This document shows, in pieces, positions 16,186 to 23,933 of a DNA stretch of 64,000 bases. The notes beneath the pieces are model-generated. The model was not told the DNA's origin and made no database searches. It worked only from the letters and a program-made list of their open reading frames with translations. Source of the DNA: Anaerolineales bacterium (GTDB lineage: Bacteria > Chloroflexota > Anaerolineae > Anaerolineales > UBA11579); the NCBI GenBank assembly GCA_019454165.1, contig CP075367.1:67971-131970 (forward strand), written 5' to 3'. The position numbers and the translations under genes were made by a program. Positions within the stretch are counted from its first letter, which is position 1, and each line of letters starts with the position of its first letter.

Positions 16186-16836
16186 ATGGAAACCACCTGG
16201 CAATCTGTAGACAAGTTCCTCGAAAGTCTGACCGCCCCTGACGACCCTGTGCTGGCTGCCGCCGTGCAGGCCGCCGAGCAAGCCGGCCTGCCCAGCATCC
16301 AGGTCTCGGCCATGCAGGGCCAGCTCCTGCATATCCTCGCCCGCGCCATCGGCGCCAAACGCATCCTCGAAGTCGGCACCCTGGCCGGCTACAGCGGCAT
16401 CTGGCTCGCCCGTGCCCTGCCGGCCGATGGCCTGCTGGTCACGCTCGAAGCCGACCCCAAACACGCCGCCGTAGCCCAGGCCAACTTTGCCGCCGCCGGC
16501 CTCGCCGAGCGCGTGGACCTGCGCCAGGGCGCCGCTCTCGACACCCTGCCGACCCTACTGCCGCAGTTCGCCGCCGGCTTTGATCTCTGCTTCCTCGACG
16601 CCGACAAGCCCAACCTGCCCGCCTACTTCGACTGGGCGCGCAAGCTCACCCGCAAAGGCGGCCTCATCATCAGTGACAACGTGGTGCGCAACGGCGAGGT
16701 CATAGACGGGCAGGATCCCAACAGCACGGGCGCACGCAATCTATTGCAAGCGCTGGGGAAGACGGGCAACAGCACGGTCATCCAGACCGTGGGCAGCAAG
16801 GGTTACGACGGTTTCGCGCTCACCATCGTGGAGTAG
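16186..16836 (+). CDS. Class I SAM-dependent O-methyltransferase (family 3, caffeoyl-CoA OMT/YrrM-like)
   Basis: ILEVGTLAGYSGIWLARAL SAM motif, FDLCFLDADKPN, GGLIISDNV. Confidence 0.85.
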   Translation: METTWQSVDKFLESLTAPDDPVLAAAVQAAEQAGLPSIQVSAMQGQLLHILARAIGAKRILEVGTLAGYSGIWLARALPADGLLVTLEADPKHAAVAQANFAAAGLAERVDLRQGAALDTLPTLLPQFAAGFDLCFLDADKPNLPAYFDWARKLTRKGGLIISDNVVRNGEVIDGQDPNSTGARNLLQALGKTGNSTVIQTVGSKGYDGFALTIVE

Positions 16837-16842
16837 CCCCCG

Positions 16843-17847
16843 CTAGTGCCCCGCGTCCTGGGTATAGAAGTCAACCACCCGCGACGGCGTCTTGGTAGCG
16901 ATCAGGTCAAAGAAGTATTGGGCTTCCTCGTACGATCCATCATGGCCCTGATGCCCGATAGACGGCTGTACCCGCAGGCCTAGCCAGCCCTTCTTCTCCT
17001 CGTATTTCTGCAGCAGCGGCAGCGTGTCCGTTCCAAACGGGTTTGAACGGTCATACTGGTTCTGGATCAAAAAGAGCGGCGGCAGGCTTTCAGCCTTGCC
17101 CGCCTCGGCATAAACATTCGGCGCGCCGACTAACTCAATATCCTCTTTGGACACCAGCTCGGTGTACACGGTCTGGACGCCGCGCTGGCGATACTCTGCG
17201 ATCTTGCTCTTCAAGTCAATGATCGGCGTCGTCACATACACGCCGTCCGCGGCGTGCTTGATCCCGTGATACAGAGCGGCAAAGCCGCCCATCGATGCGC
17301 CCATGCTGAACCAAAGGCGGCTCCCTCGCTCGCGCATCTTCTCGCGTATCAGGCCCTGGGTCATCGCTTCCACATAGTTCCTGCCATCCGTGCCCCAGAA
17401 CCAACTCCCGAGCGACTTCCAGCCAAAGTTGTCGTACGGCAGCAACAGATCAAAATGCTTCCAGCTATAGCGCAGGGGATACACCTCAAAGCCCAGGTAG
17501 CCATGAAAGACCACGACCAGCCCCTTGGGCTGCTCCACCGCCGGGAAGAACACATAACGCAAGCTGCCCCCATCCTCGTGCTCATAAATGGATGGGAAGT
17601 GACTGCTCAGGTCCTTATTGGCTTCTTCTTTCTTGAGGTTGCTGCGGCTGTGTTTGCGCGCAAAGGTGCGGATCGCGCCAACATCCGACGCCAGGATCAG
17701 ATCGCGGTCGGCATTCGCCAGCGGGAAGCTGGCCTGCGCGCTGGGGCGAAACATGGAGCTGATGCTTCGCCAGGCTTGGCGTAAACCCAGAACCCGCACT
17801 TTGTTGGCAAAGCGCTTGACCCTATGCAGCAATGAAAGTTGGCTCAA
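16843..17847 (-). CDS. Alpha/beta-fold hydrolase (esterase-like), hypothetical
   Basis: Nucleophile elbow GASMGG, VVFHGY and a late HQGHD. TTG start. Confidence 0.6.
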   Translation of the reverse strand: MSQLSLLHRVKRFANKVRVLGLRQAWRSISSMFRPSAQASFPLANADRDLILASDVGAIRTFARKHSRSNLKKEEANKDLSSHFPSIYEHEDGGSLRYVFFPAVEQPKGLVVVFHGYLGFEVYPLRYSWKHFDLLLPYDNFGWKSLGSWFWGTDGRNYVEAMTQGLIREKMRERGSRLWFSMGASMGGFAALYHGIKHAADGVYVTTPIIDLKSKIAEYRQRGVQTVYTELVSKEDIELVGAPNVYAEAGKAESLPPLFLIQNQYDRSNPFGTDTLPLLQKYEEKKGWLGLRVQPSIGHQGHDGSYEEAQYFFDLIATKTPSRVVDFYTQDAGH

Positions 17848-17880
17848 CGCAAGCTCCGTGGGTCATTATACTTACGCACT

Positions 17881-18423
17881 ATGAACATCACCGTCTTCGG
17901 CTCCGCCTCCCCGCAACCTGGCCACCCCGCCTACGAGGAAGCCCGCCGCCTGGGCGAGCTGCTCGCCCGCGCCGGCCACACTGTGCTCACCGGCGGCTAC
18001 ATGGGCACCATGGAAGCCGCCTCGCGCGGCGCCGCCGAAGCCGGCGGCCACGTGGTCGGCGTGACCTGCCAACAGATCGAGGATTGGCGCGCCGCCAAGC
18101 ACAACCCCTGGGTCCTCGAGGAGCGCAAGTTCCCCACCCTGCGCGAGCGCCTCTACTGCCTGGTCGACTCGTGCGATGCCGCCCTGGCGCTGCCCGGCGG
18201 CATCGGCACCCTCGACGAGATCGTCACCATGTGGAGCCAGATGCAAACCGCCGCCATGCCGGTGCGCCCGCTCATCCTCATCGGCCAGGGTTGGCGTCGC
18301 ACCATCACCGCTCTGCTCGAAGCCCAGGACGAGCACATCCGCCCGGCTCATCGTGACCTGCTCACCTTCGCCGAAGACATTGATAACGCCGTCACCAAGC
18401 TGGCCGAGGCGCTGGCGGTCTGA
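17881..18423 (+). CDS. LOG-family / TIGR00730-type Rossmann-fold nucleotide-binding protein
   Basis: ITVFGSAS...VLTGGYMGTMEAASRGAAEAGGHVVGV...ALPGGIGTLDEI. Confidence 0.8.
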   Translation: MNITVFGSASPQPGHPAYEEARRLGELLARAGHTVLTGGYMGTMEAASRGAAEAGGHVVGVTCQQIEDWRAAKHNPWVLEERKFPTLRERLYCLVDSCDAALALPGGIGTLDEIVTMWSQMQTAAMPVRPLILIGQGWRRTITALLEAQDEHIRPAHRDLLTFAEDIDNAVTKLAEALAV

Positions 18424-19214
18424 TGCCCAGCGTGCAACTGGGGCAGTTGCAGCAGGAAGCTGCCCAACTTTCTGAGCATTTCACCGACCCAGCCGCCTAT
18501 CTCAAGCAGCTTGAACGCCTGCTGCTAAGCTACTCCACGCCCATCCACCGCCAAGGCCGCATCAGCGGTTTGCGTCCGGTTATCTTCAGCTTTGAGGTTC
18601 CGCCCCCCGTGCTCAAACGGCTTGAGCTCGAGATGGCGCTGCAAGCCTCCCAGCAGCCCGCCGCCGCCCTGGCGGTCGCAGACACCCTGTGGGAACGGCG
18701 TAGCTATGAGACCCGCCAGCTCGCCGTCCGCATGCTGGGCGCCACCCCCGCGCCCGCCTCCGAAGTCACCAGCCGGCTGGCAGCCTGGGCCAGCGAGAAT
18801 CAGGAGGAGCTCCTGGTAACCGAGCTCTATCAGCGCGGCCCGCGCACCCTCATACAAAACGACCCGGACGGCGTGCTGCAGTTCGCCAGCCAACTCCTGG
18901 CCAGCCAGGATCACCGCAAACAGGTCCTGAGCATCGGCAGCCTGGAAACCTTGATAACTACTGGCAGTTTCACGAACCTGCCCGCCCTGTTCACCTTGCT
19001 CATGCCTCCCAGCCTGGACCCACCCCGCAAGTTGCAACCCTTCCTAACCTCCGTGCTTAACGCTCTCGCCCAACGCAGCCCCAAAGAAACCGCCTATTTC
19101 CTCGGCCAGCTGTTGAACAGCCAGCCCAGCGTAGCTGCCCGCCGGATGGCACGCCAGGTCCTGCGCCAGCTACCCGCCGACATGCAGGCCACCCTGCGCG
19201 ATCTAGCCCGTTAG
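18423..19214 (+). CDS. Hypothetical helical-repeat protein (possibly DNA alkylation repair/HEAT-like)
   Basis: All-helical; ADTLWERRSYETRQLAVRMLG resembles AlkD-like repeat proteins. ATG overlaps the upstream stop (TGATG). Confidence 0.45.
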   Translation: MPSVQLGQLQQEAAQLSEHFTDPAAYLKQLERLLLSYSTPIHRQGRISGLRPVIFSFEVPPPVLKRLELEMALQASQQPAAALAVADTLWERRSYETRQLAVRMLGATPAPASEVTSRLAAWASENQEELLVTELYQRGPRTLIQNDPDGVLQFASQLLASQDHRKQVLSIGSLETLITTGSFTNLPALFTLLMPPSLDPPRKLQPFLTSVLNALAQRSPKETAYFLGQLLNSQPSVAARRMARQVLRQLPADMQATLRDLAR

Positions 19215-19480
19215 TATTCCGCCTTTATCTGGGTTCATCTGTGGACGATCCTCGCCCTATATGTATCCAGCGGCGGCAAAGTCCTTGACCTTGGTTTTAT
19301 CCGCGTAAATCAGCTGCGTGGCGCAGCCACGCACATCTGCGGCAAAAGCTTTGCTTTGGCTTTATCTCTTTATATGTTCATCTGCGGCAAAAAAAGCCTT
19401 TGCTTTTGGTTTTATCCGCCTTATCCGTGTTTATCTGTGGACGATCCTCGCCTTATCTGTTTTCATCTGTGGACAGTTTC
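19215..19480 (+). repeat. Degenerate direct-repeat array (about 12 copies of T(T/C)ATC(T/C)G(T/C)G; three roughly 32-nt and two roughly 46-nt longer units)
   Basis: Motif starts near 19225, 19235, 19263, 19297, 19333, 19362, 19378, 19412, 19421, 19431, 19453 and 19463. Exact 20-mer ATCTGTGGACGATCCTCGCC occurs at 19237 and 19433. Units CGGCAAA..GC.TTTG.C.TTGG.TTTATC occur at 19271, 19339 and 19384. Confidence 0.8.
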
Positions 19481-19506
19481 CTCCCATACATAATCCCACT
19501 CCGACC

Positions 19507-19515
19507 TGATATAAT
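19507..19515 (+). promoter_or_regulatory. Extended -10 promoter element for rpsO
   Basis: TGATATAAT (TGn-TATAAT), 91 nt upstream of the rpsO ATG. Confidence 0.5.
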
Positions 19516-19605
19516 CTCGGCCTGACTCGACCAGTAGGCGGCAAACCCCATTCGGGGCCACCTGCCTGCTCGGAGACCTGCCAATACAAAGGAGATGCAG
19601 ACGTC

Positions 19606-19884
19606 ATGCCGTTAGCAAAAGACAAGAAAGACCAGATCATTGGCGATTATCGCCGCGCCGAGGGCGACACCGGCTCCACTGAAGTACAGATCGCCCTCCT
19701 CACCAGCCGCATTGAGCAGCTCACAGCCCACGGGCAAACCCACAAGAAAGACGTGGCTTCCCGCCGTGGCCTGGTCAAGCTGGTCGGCCAACGCCGCCGC
19801 TTGCTCAACTACCTGCGCAACCGGGATTACGATGCCTACGTTGCGCTGGCGGATCGGCTCAGCATCCGCCGCAAGACCAAGTAG
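19606..19884 (+). CDS. rpsO: 30S ribosomal protein S15
   Basis: GDTGSTEVQIALLTSRIEQLTAHGQTHKKDVASRRGLVKLVGQRRRLLNYL; AGGAG SD. Confidence 0.96.
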   Translation: MPLAKDKKDQIIGDYRRAEGDTGSTEVQIALLTSRIEQLTAHGQTHKKDVASRRGLVKLVGQRRRLLNYLRNRDYDAYVALADRLSIRRKTK

Positions 19885-19891
19885 CAAACAC

Positions 19892-19930
19892 AAATAGTGG
19901 ATATGCGCAGCATATCCACTATTTTGTTAT
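19892..19930 (+). terminator. rpsO terminator/attenuator hairpin
   Basis: Perfect 14-bp stem AAATAGTGGATATG/CATATCCACTATTT with loop CGCAG, followed by a T-rich tail. Confidence 0.75.
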
Positions 19931-20144
19931 TTAGCCCGCCGACCACGGGGCAGGTGGGCGCATTTGCAGATACACTTAAGCCCCAAACAACTAGTCACCC
20001 GCCCGTTAGGGGCATTGGTACTTGCTGGCAATTGCTCAACAACAATTGCCGGCAATTGCCAGTTCCTCAACAGGCGGGCCAGGTGCAATATCGCCGTTCC
20101 CGCGCCCGCGCGGCCTATAGGTGAATTGCGCCTATAGGAGAGAA

Positions 20145-22385
20145 ATGAAACCAGAAGTACACAGTTACACCGCCACCGTTGGCAACCAAAGCATCACCCT
20201 GGAGACCGGCAAGCTGGCCCGTCTGGCCGGCGGCGCCGTCACTGCCCGCATCGGCGAATCGCTCATCCTGGCCACCGCCACCATGAGCGCCAACCCCCGC
20301 ACCGGCATTGACTTCTTCCCGCTCAGCGTGGATTTCGAAGAGCGCATGTACGCCGGCGGCCGCATCCCCGGCTCCTTCTTCCGCCGTGAGGGCCGCCCAA
20401 CCGAGGTCGCCATCCTCACCTCGCGCCTCACCGACCGCCCGCTGCGCCCGCTGTTCCCCAAAGACCTGCGCAATGACGTCCAGGTCATCATGACCGCCCT
20501 GTCGGCCGACACCGAGAACGTCCTGGACGTGATCGCCGTCAACGCCGCCTCGGCCGCCATCATGATCTCTGACATCCCCTGGAACGGCCCGGTCGGCGCG
20601 GTACGCGTCGGCCGCATCAACGGCGAGTTCGTCGTCAACCCCACCTACAGCCAGCTGCCCGAGTCTGACCTCGACCTGCGCATCGCCGGCACGCGTGAAG
20701 CCATCCTCATGGTGGAATGCGGCGCCAACGAGGTGGACGAAGACGCCATGGCCGCCGCCCTCGTGCTCGGCCACCAGGCCCTGCAGCCGCTGATCGACAT
20801 CCAGCTGGAGATGGCGGCCGCGGTGGGCAAACCCAAGCGTGACTACCAGAAGTTCAGCATCGACGAAGACCTCAAGAAGAAAGTGCTGGCCCGCGCCGAA
20901 AGCGAGCTGGAGAACATCCTCGAGAACACCGAAGGCAAGGCCGCCCAGTACGAGGCCATTGACCAGCTGCGCGACACCATCGTGGCGGAACTTGCCGGCG
21001 ACGACGCCGCCCTGGCTGGCCAGGTCAAGGAAGCCTACACCTCGGCTGAGAAAGCCGTCGTGCGCCGCCGCATCATCAACGACGGCAAGCGCCCGGATGG
21101 CCGCAAGCCCACCGAGATCCGCCCCATCTGGGCCGAGGTCGACCTCAGCCCGCGCGCGCACGGCTCCGGCCTGTTCACCCGTGGCGAGACCCAGGTGCTC
21201 ACCCTGACCACCCTGGGCACGCCCAAGGAAGCCCAGGAGCTGGACAACCTGACCCCCATCAGCTCGAAGCGCTACATGCACCACTACAACTTCCCGCCGT
21301 ACTCCACCGGTGAAGCCCGCCCGCTGCGCGGCTCCTCCCGCCGTGAGATCGGCCACGGCGCCCTCGCCGAGCGCGCCCTGCTGGCCGTCATCCCTGACGA
21401 GAAGGATTTCCCCTACACCCTGCGCCTGGTCTCCGAGTGCCTGTCCTCCAACGGAAGCACCTCGATGGGCTCCGTGTGTGGCAGCACCCTGGCGCTCATG
21501 GATGCCGGCGTGCCCATCAAGGCCCCCGTCTCCGGTATCGCCATGGGCCTCGTCACCGATGGCAGCAAGTACCAGATCCTGAGCGACATTCAGGGTATCG
21601 AAGATCACCTCGGCGATATGGACTTCAAGGTCGCCGGCACCGACAAGGGCATCACTGCCCTGCAGATGGACATCAAGATCTCGGGCCTGAACCTGCAAAT
21701 GATGGCCGAAGCCCTGGCGCAGGCCAAGGAAGGCCGCAAGCACATCCTCAACAAGATGCTGGAGGCCCTGGCTGCCCCGCGTGCAGACCTGAAGGACCAT
21801 GCCCCGCGTATCACCACAATCCAGGTCCCGGTCGAGAAGATCGGCGCGGTCATCGGCCCAGGCGGCAAGACCATTCGCGCCATTCAAGAGGAAAGCGGCG
21901 CCAAGATCGATATCGCTGACGACGGCACCGTGTTCATCGCCTCAGACGATGGCGAGAAGGCCCGCATCGCCCGTGAGCGCATCGAAGCCCTCACCGAGAC
22001 GGCCGAGATCGGCAAGATCTACACCGGCAAGGTTGTCCGCACTACGGACTTCGGCGCCTTTGTCGAGATCCTGCCCAACATTGACGGCATGGTCCACATC
22101 TCGCAACTCGACAGCAACCATGTCGAGAGCGTCGAAAGCGTGGTGCAGGTCGGCGATGAAGTCTCCGTCATGGTGACCGATGTTGACCCCAGCGGCAAGA
22201 TCCGCCTCAGCCGCCAGGCCGTGCTCGAAGGCTGGACTGCCGAAGAGGCCCGCGAGCGCGACAAGGGCGGCGCCAGCCGCCCCCGCAACGGTGGCGGCGG
22301 TGACCGCGGCCGGGGTGGCCGCGATGGCGGCCGCGGCCGAGACGGTGGCCGTGACCGTGGCGGTTTCCGCGGCGGCCGCCGCTAA
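20145..22385 (+). CDS. pnp: Polyribonucleotide nucleotidyltransferase (PNPase) with C-terminal Arg/Gly-rich tail
   Basis: Two RNase PH domains (FFRREGRPTE, HYNFPPYSTGE, ISGLNL..), KH (VIGPGGKTIRAIQEESGAKIDI), S1 (GKIYTGKVVRTTDFGAFVEI), then GGGDRGRGGRDGGRGRDGGRDRGGFRGGRR. Start at MKPEVHS (ATG 20145, SD AGGAG). Confidence 0.96.
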   Translation: MKPEVHSYTATVGNQSITLETGKLARLAGGAVTARIGESLILATATMSANPRTGIDFFPLSVDFEERMYAGGRIPGSFFRREGRPTEVAILTSRLTDRPLRPLFPKDLRNDVQVIMTALSADTENVLDVIAVNAASAAIMISDIPWNGPVGAVRVGRINGEFVVNPTYSQLPESDLDLRIAGTREAILMVECGANEVDEDAMAAALVLGHQALQPLIDIQLEMAAAVGKPKRDYQKFSIDEDLKKKVLARAESELENILENTEGKAAQYEAIDQLRDTIVAELAGDDAALAGQVKEAYTSAEKAVVRRRIINDGKRPDGRKPTEIRPIWAEVDLSPRAHGSGLFTRGETQVLTLTTLGTPKEAQELDNLTPISSKRYMHHYNFPPYSTGEARPLRGSSRREIGHGALAERALLAVIPDEKDFPYTLRLVSECLSSNGSTSMGSVCGSTLALMDAGVPIKAPVSGIAMGLVTDGSKYQILSDIQGIEDHLGDMDFKVAGTDKGITALQMDIKISGLNLQMMAEALAQAKEGRKHILNKMLEALAAPRADLKDHAPRITTIQVPVEKIGAVIGPGGKTIRAIQEESGAKIDIADDGTVFIASDDGEKARIARERIEALTETAEIGKIYTGKVVRTTDFGAFVEILPNIDGMVHISQLDSNHVESVESVVQVGDEVSVMVTDVDPSGKIRLSRQAVLEGWTAEEARERDKGGASRPRNGGGGDRGRGGRDGGRGRDGGRDRGGFRGGRR

Positions 22386-22411
22386 CCGCAGTCGCACTGC
22401 ATCCAAGAATC

Positions 22412-22446
22412 AAACAGCCCCGCCATTCTGGCGGGGCTGTTCTGTT
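22412..22446 (+). terminator. pnp rho-independent terminator
   Basis: 13-bp stem AACAGCCCCGCCA/TGGCGGGGCTGTT with loop TTC, then CTGTTT. Confidence 0.75.
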
Positions 22447-22544
22447 TAACTTGTGCATCTATCCTCGCTGCCTTAGCCCCCAACCGCGGCCCGTCATTGC
22501 GAACGCAACGAGGGATGCTCGCTGCATACGCGGCGCTAAGCGTA

Positions 22545-23477
22545 CTAGCCGTACCGCCCCGTTAAATACTCTATATACTCCCCATGCTCTTCTTCCAGCT
22601 CCTCCGCCAGACGGCGGATAAGCTCCTGATACGTTATTGACGCAAACGCGATCCCATCCGCCCTGGCGATCTCAGTGAAAGCAGCCGCTTCATCCGCGTG
22701 CACACGCCCCTCATCGCCATCAGCCGCGTACCAGAGATATACGAGGCAGAAATTGCGTCCGTACATACGCCGCAAGCCCAGCGTGTGCTTGATTAGCTGA
22801 GCTGCGTGCAAAAACCGAAAACGTGTATCCTCCGGAGACAAGGCTAGTGCCAATCTGTGCAACGCCGGCAACTCTGGCCACAGTTCAGCCACATTTAAAT
22901 ACTTGACCTTCAAACCCTTGCTGGGGTTGATGCGATACGCTTCAGAAAACTTGCACTCGATCGCCACAACCGGCTGCTGAAGGCCAAGAGGCTTGATAAC
23001 TACATCCACATTGGGAGCAATACCAAACCCCTTACCGACGGGATATTTTTCTTCGAATACCACCGTAGCAGACCGGTAAGCAGCCGCGTCCCCGCCGCCC
23101 ACGGCTGCGTCTGCTCTGCCCACTTCCCCTAAATACTGGAACACATTGACAGCCAGCGCAGAGGTGGAGTGCACTGCGCGCATCTTGGCGGGCTTATGGG
23201 GGTGATCGCCAATTTCGTTGCCGTCGCCCCTGCGGAAACATTCCAGCGTTGCAGGGGTAAGCGGCCGGAATAGATTGTCGTCAATCCTAGGCAGGTAAGC
23301 GAGACGCCCACGCTGTCCGCCGCGGCTATCTATGCGCGGCAAGCCACTCTGTGTTGCCCAATCTATTTGCCGTTGCAAAATAGTTTCGTACGCACTCAAT
23401 TCTTTAACTCGCTCCCTACAACAGTCTACACTCGTAGCAGGATTTTGCTGCACTAGCTGGTCATCTTTCCAACCCAC
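22545..23477 (-). CDS. Hypothetical protein with PD-(D/E)XK nuclease-like motif
   Basis: PNVDVVI...PVVAIECKFSE fits D...E-x-K; HSTSALAVNVF lies upstream. Visibly more A/T-rich than its neighbours. GTG start. Confidence 0.5.
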   Translation of the reverse strand: MGWKDDQLVQQNPATSVDCCRERVKELSAYETILQRQIDWATQSGLPRIDSRGGQRGRLAYLPRIDDNLFRPLTPATLECFRRGDGNEIGDHPHKPAKMRAVHSTSALAVNVFQYLGEVGRADAAVGGGDAAAYRSATVVFEEKYPVGKGFGIAPNVDVVIKPLGLQQPVVAIECKFSEAYRINPSKGLKVKYLNVAELWPELPALHRLALALSPEDTRFRFLHAAQLIKHTLGLRRMYGRNFCLVYLWYAADGDEGRVHADEAAAFTEIARADGIAFASITYQELIRRLAEELEEEHGEYIEYLTGRYG

Positions 23478-23709
23478 ATTTGGGTGTCATAGGATAGGTC
23501 GACTGTTTATCCTTCCGCCCTCATCCCTCATCCTTTTTTACTGTCCAACCCCTTGACTTCCACACCAACTTCCGGCCCGCGCCACTTATCTATGGCACTA
23601 TCCTGCCACACGCGCACGGCCGGCATGCGCCGCCAGTACAGCCTGCTACCTGCAGAATGCCGGCTGCTGAGCACAAAGGAGAACACAGTAGAGGGAAAGA
23701 TCTGCCTGG

Positions 23710-23745
23710 CCGGCAAGCCAGCTGAGCGCTCAGCTGGTTTGCCGG
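23710..23745. repeat. 36-nt near-perfect palindrome
   Basis: CCGGCAAGCCAGCTGAGC|GCTCAGCTGGTTTGCCGG has one G-T mismatch and no loop. Confidence 0.8.
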
Positions 23746-23933
23746 GCTTCAAGCTCCATAGTGTCACCCTGAGCGTAGCGAAGGGCATTTTTCTGGCTTA
23801 GGGAAACAAGATGTTGGCTGAAACAATGAGGGCAAAAAAATGCTAATAATCTGTCAAGTTGTATCGAGATCCCCCACCCACTGCAACAACAATATCTACA
23901 CCCGCCCGTCGGGCCAACCCGCCCGCCAGATGC

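Noticed and set aside
19215-19480. Possible CRISPR array (regularly recurring short repeats).
   Set aside because: The repeats are degenerate, of uneven length and spacing, and merge into each other without unique spacers. No cas operon is nearby. The only Cas4-like gene is 14 kb away inside a repair operon.
20115-21887. 590-aa ORF antisense to pnp. Similar long antisense ORFs occur at 42758..45151, 48147..49925, 38986..40596, 28042..29598, 30778..32403, 12861..13880 and 13951..14865.
   Set aside because: They lie opposite well-supported conserved genes. Their products are low-complexity Gly/Ala/Arg/His/Gln-rich strings typical of stop-poor antisense frames in high-GC DNA. No recognisable motifs.
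15262-23477. The DNA methyltransferase (15262) and the PD-(D/E)XK-like gene (22545) as one restriction-modification system.
   Set aside because: They are 6.4 kb apart, on opposite strands, and separated by unrelated housekeeping operons (rpsO-pnp and others). Functional pairing cannot be excluded, but nothing in the sequence links them.
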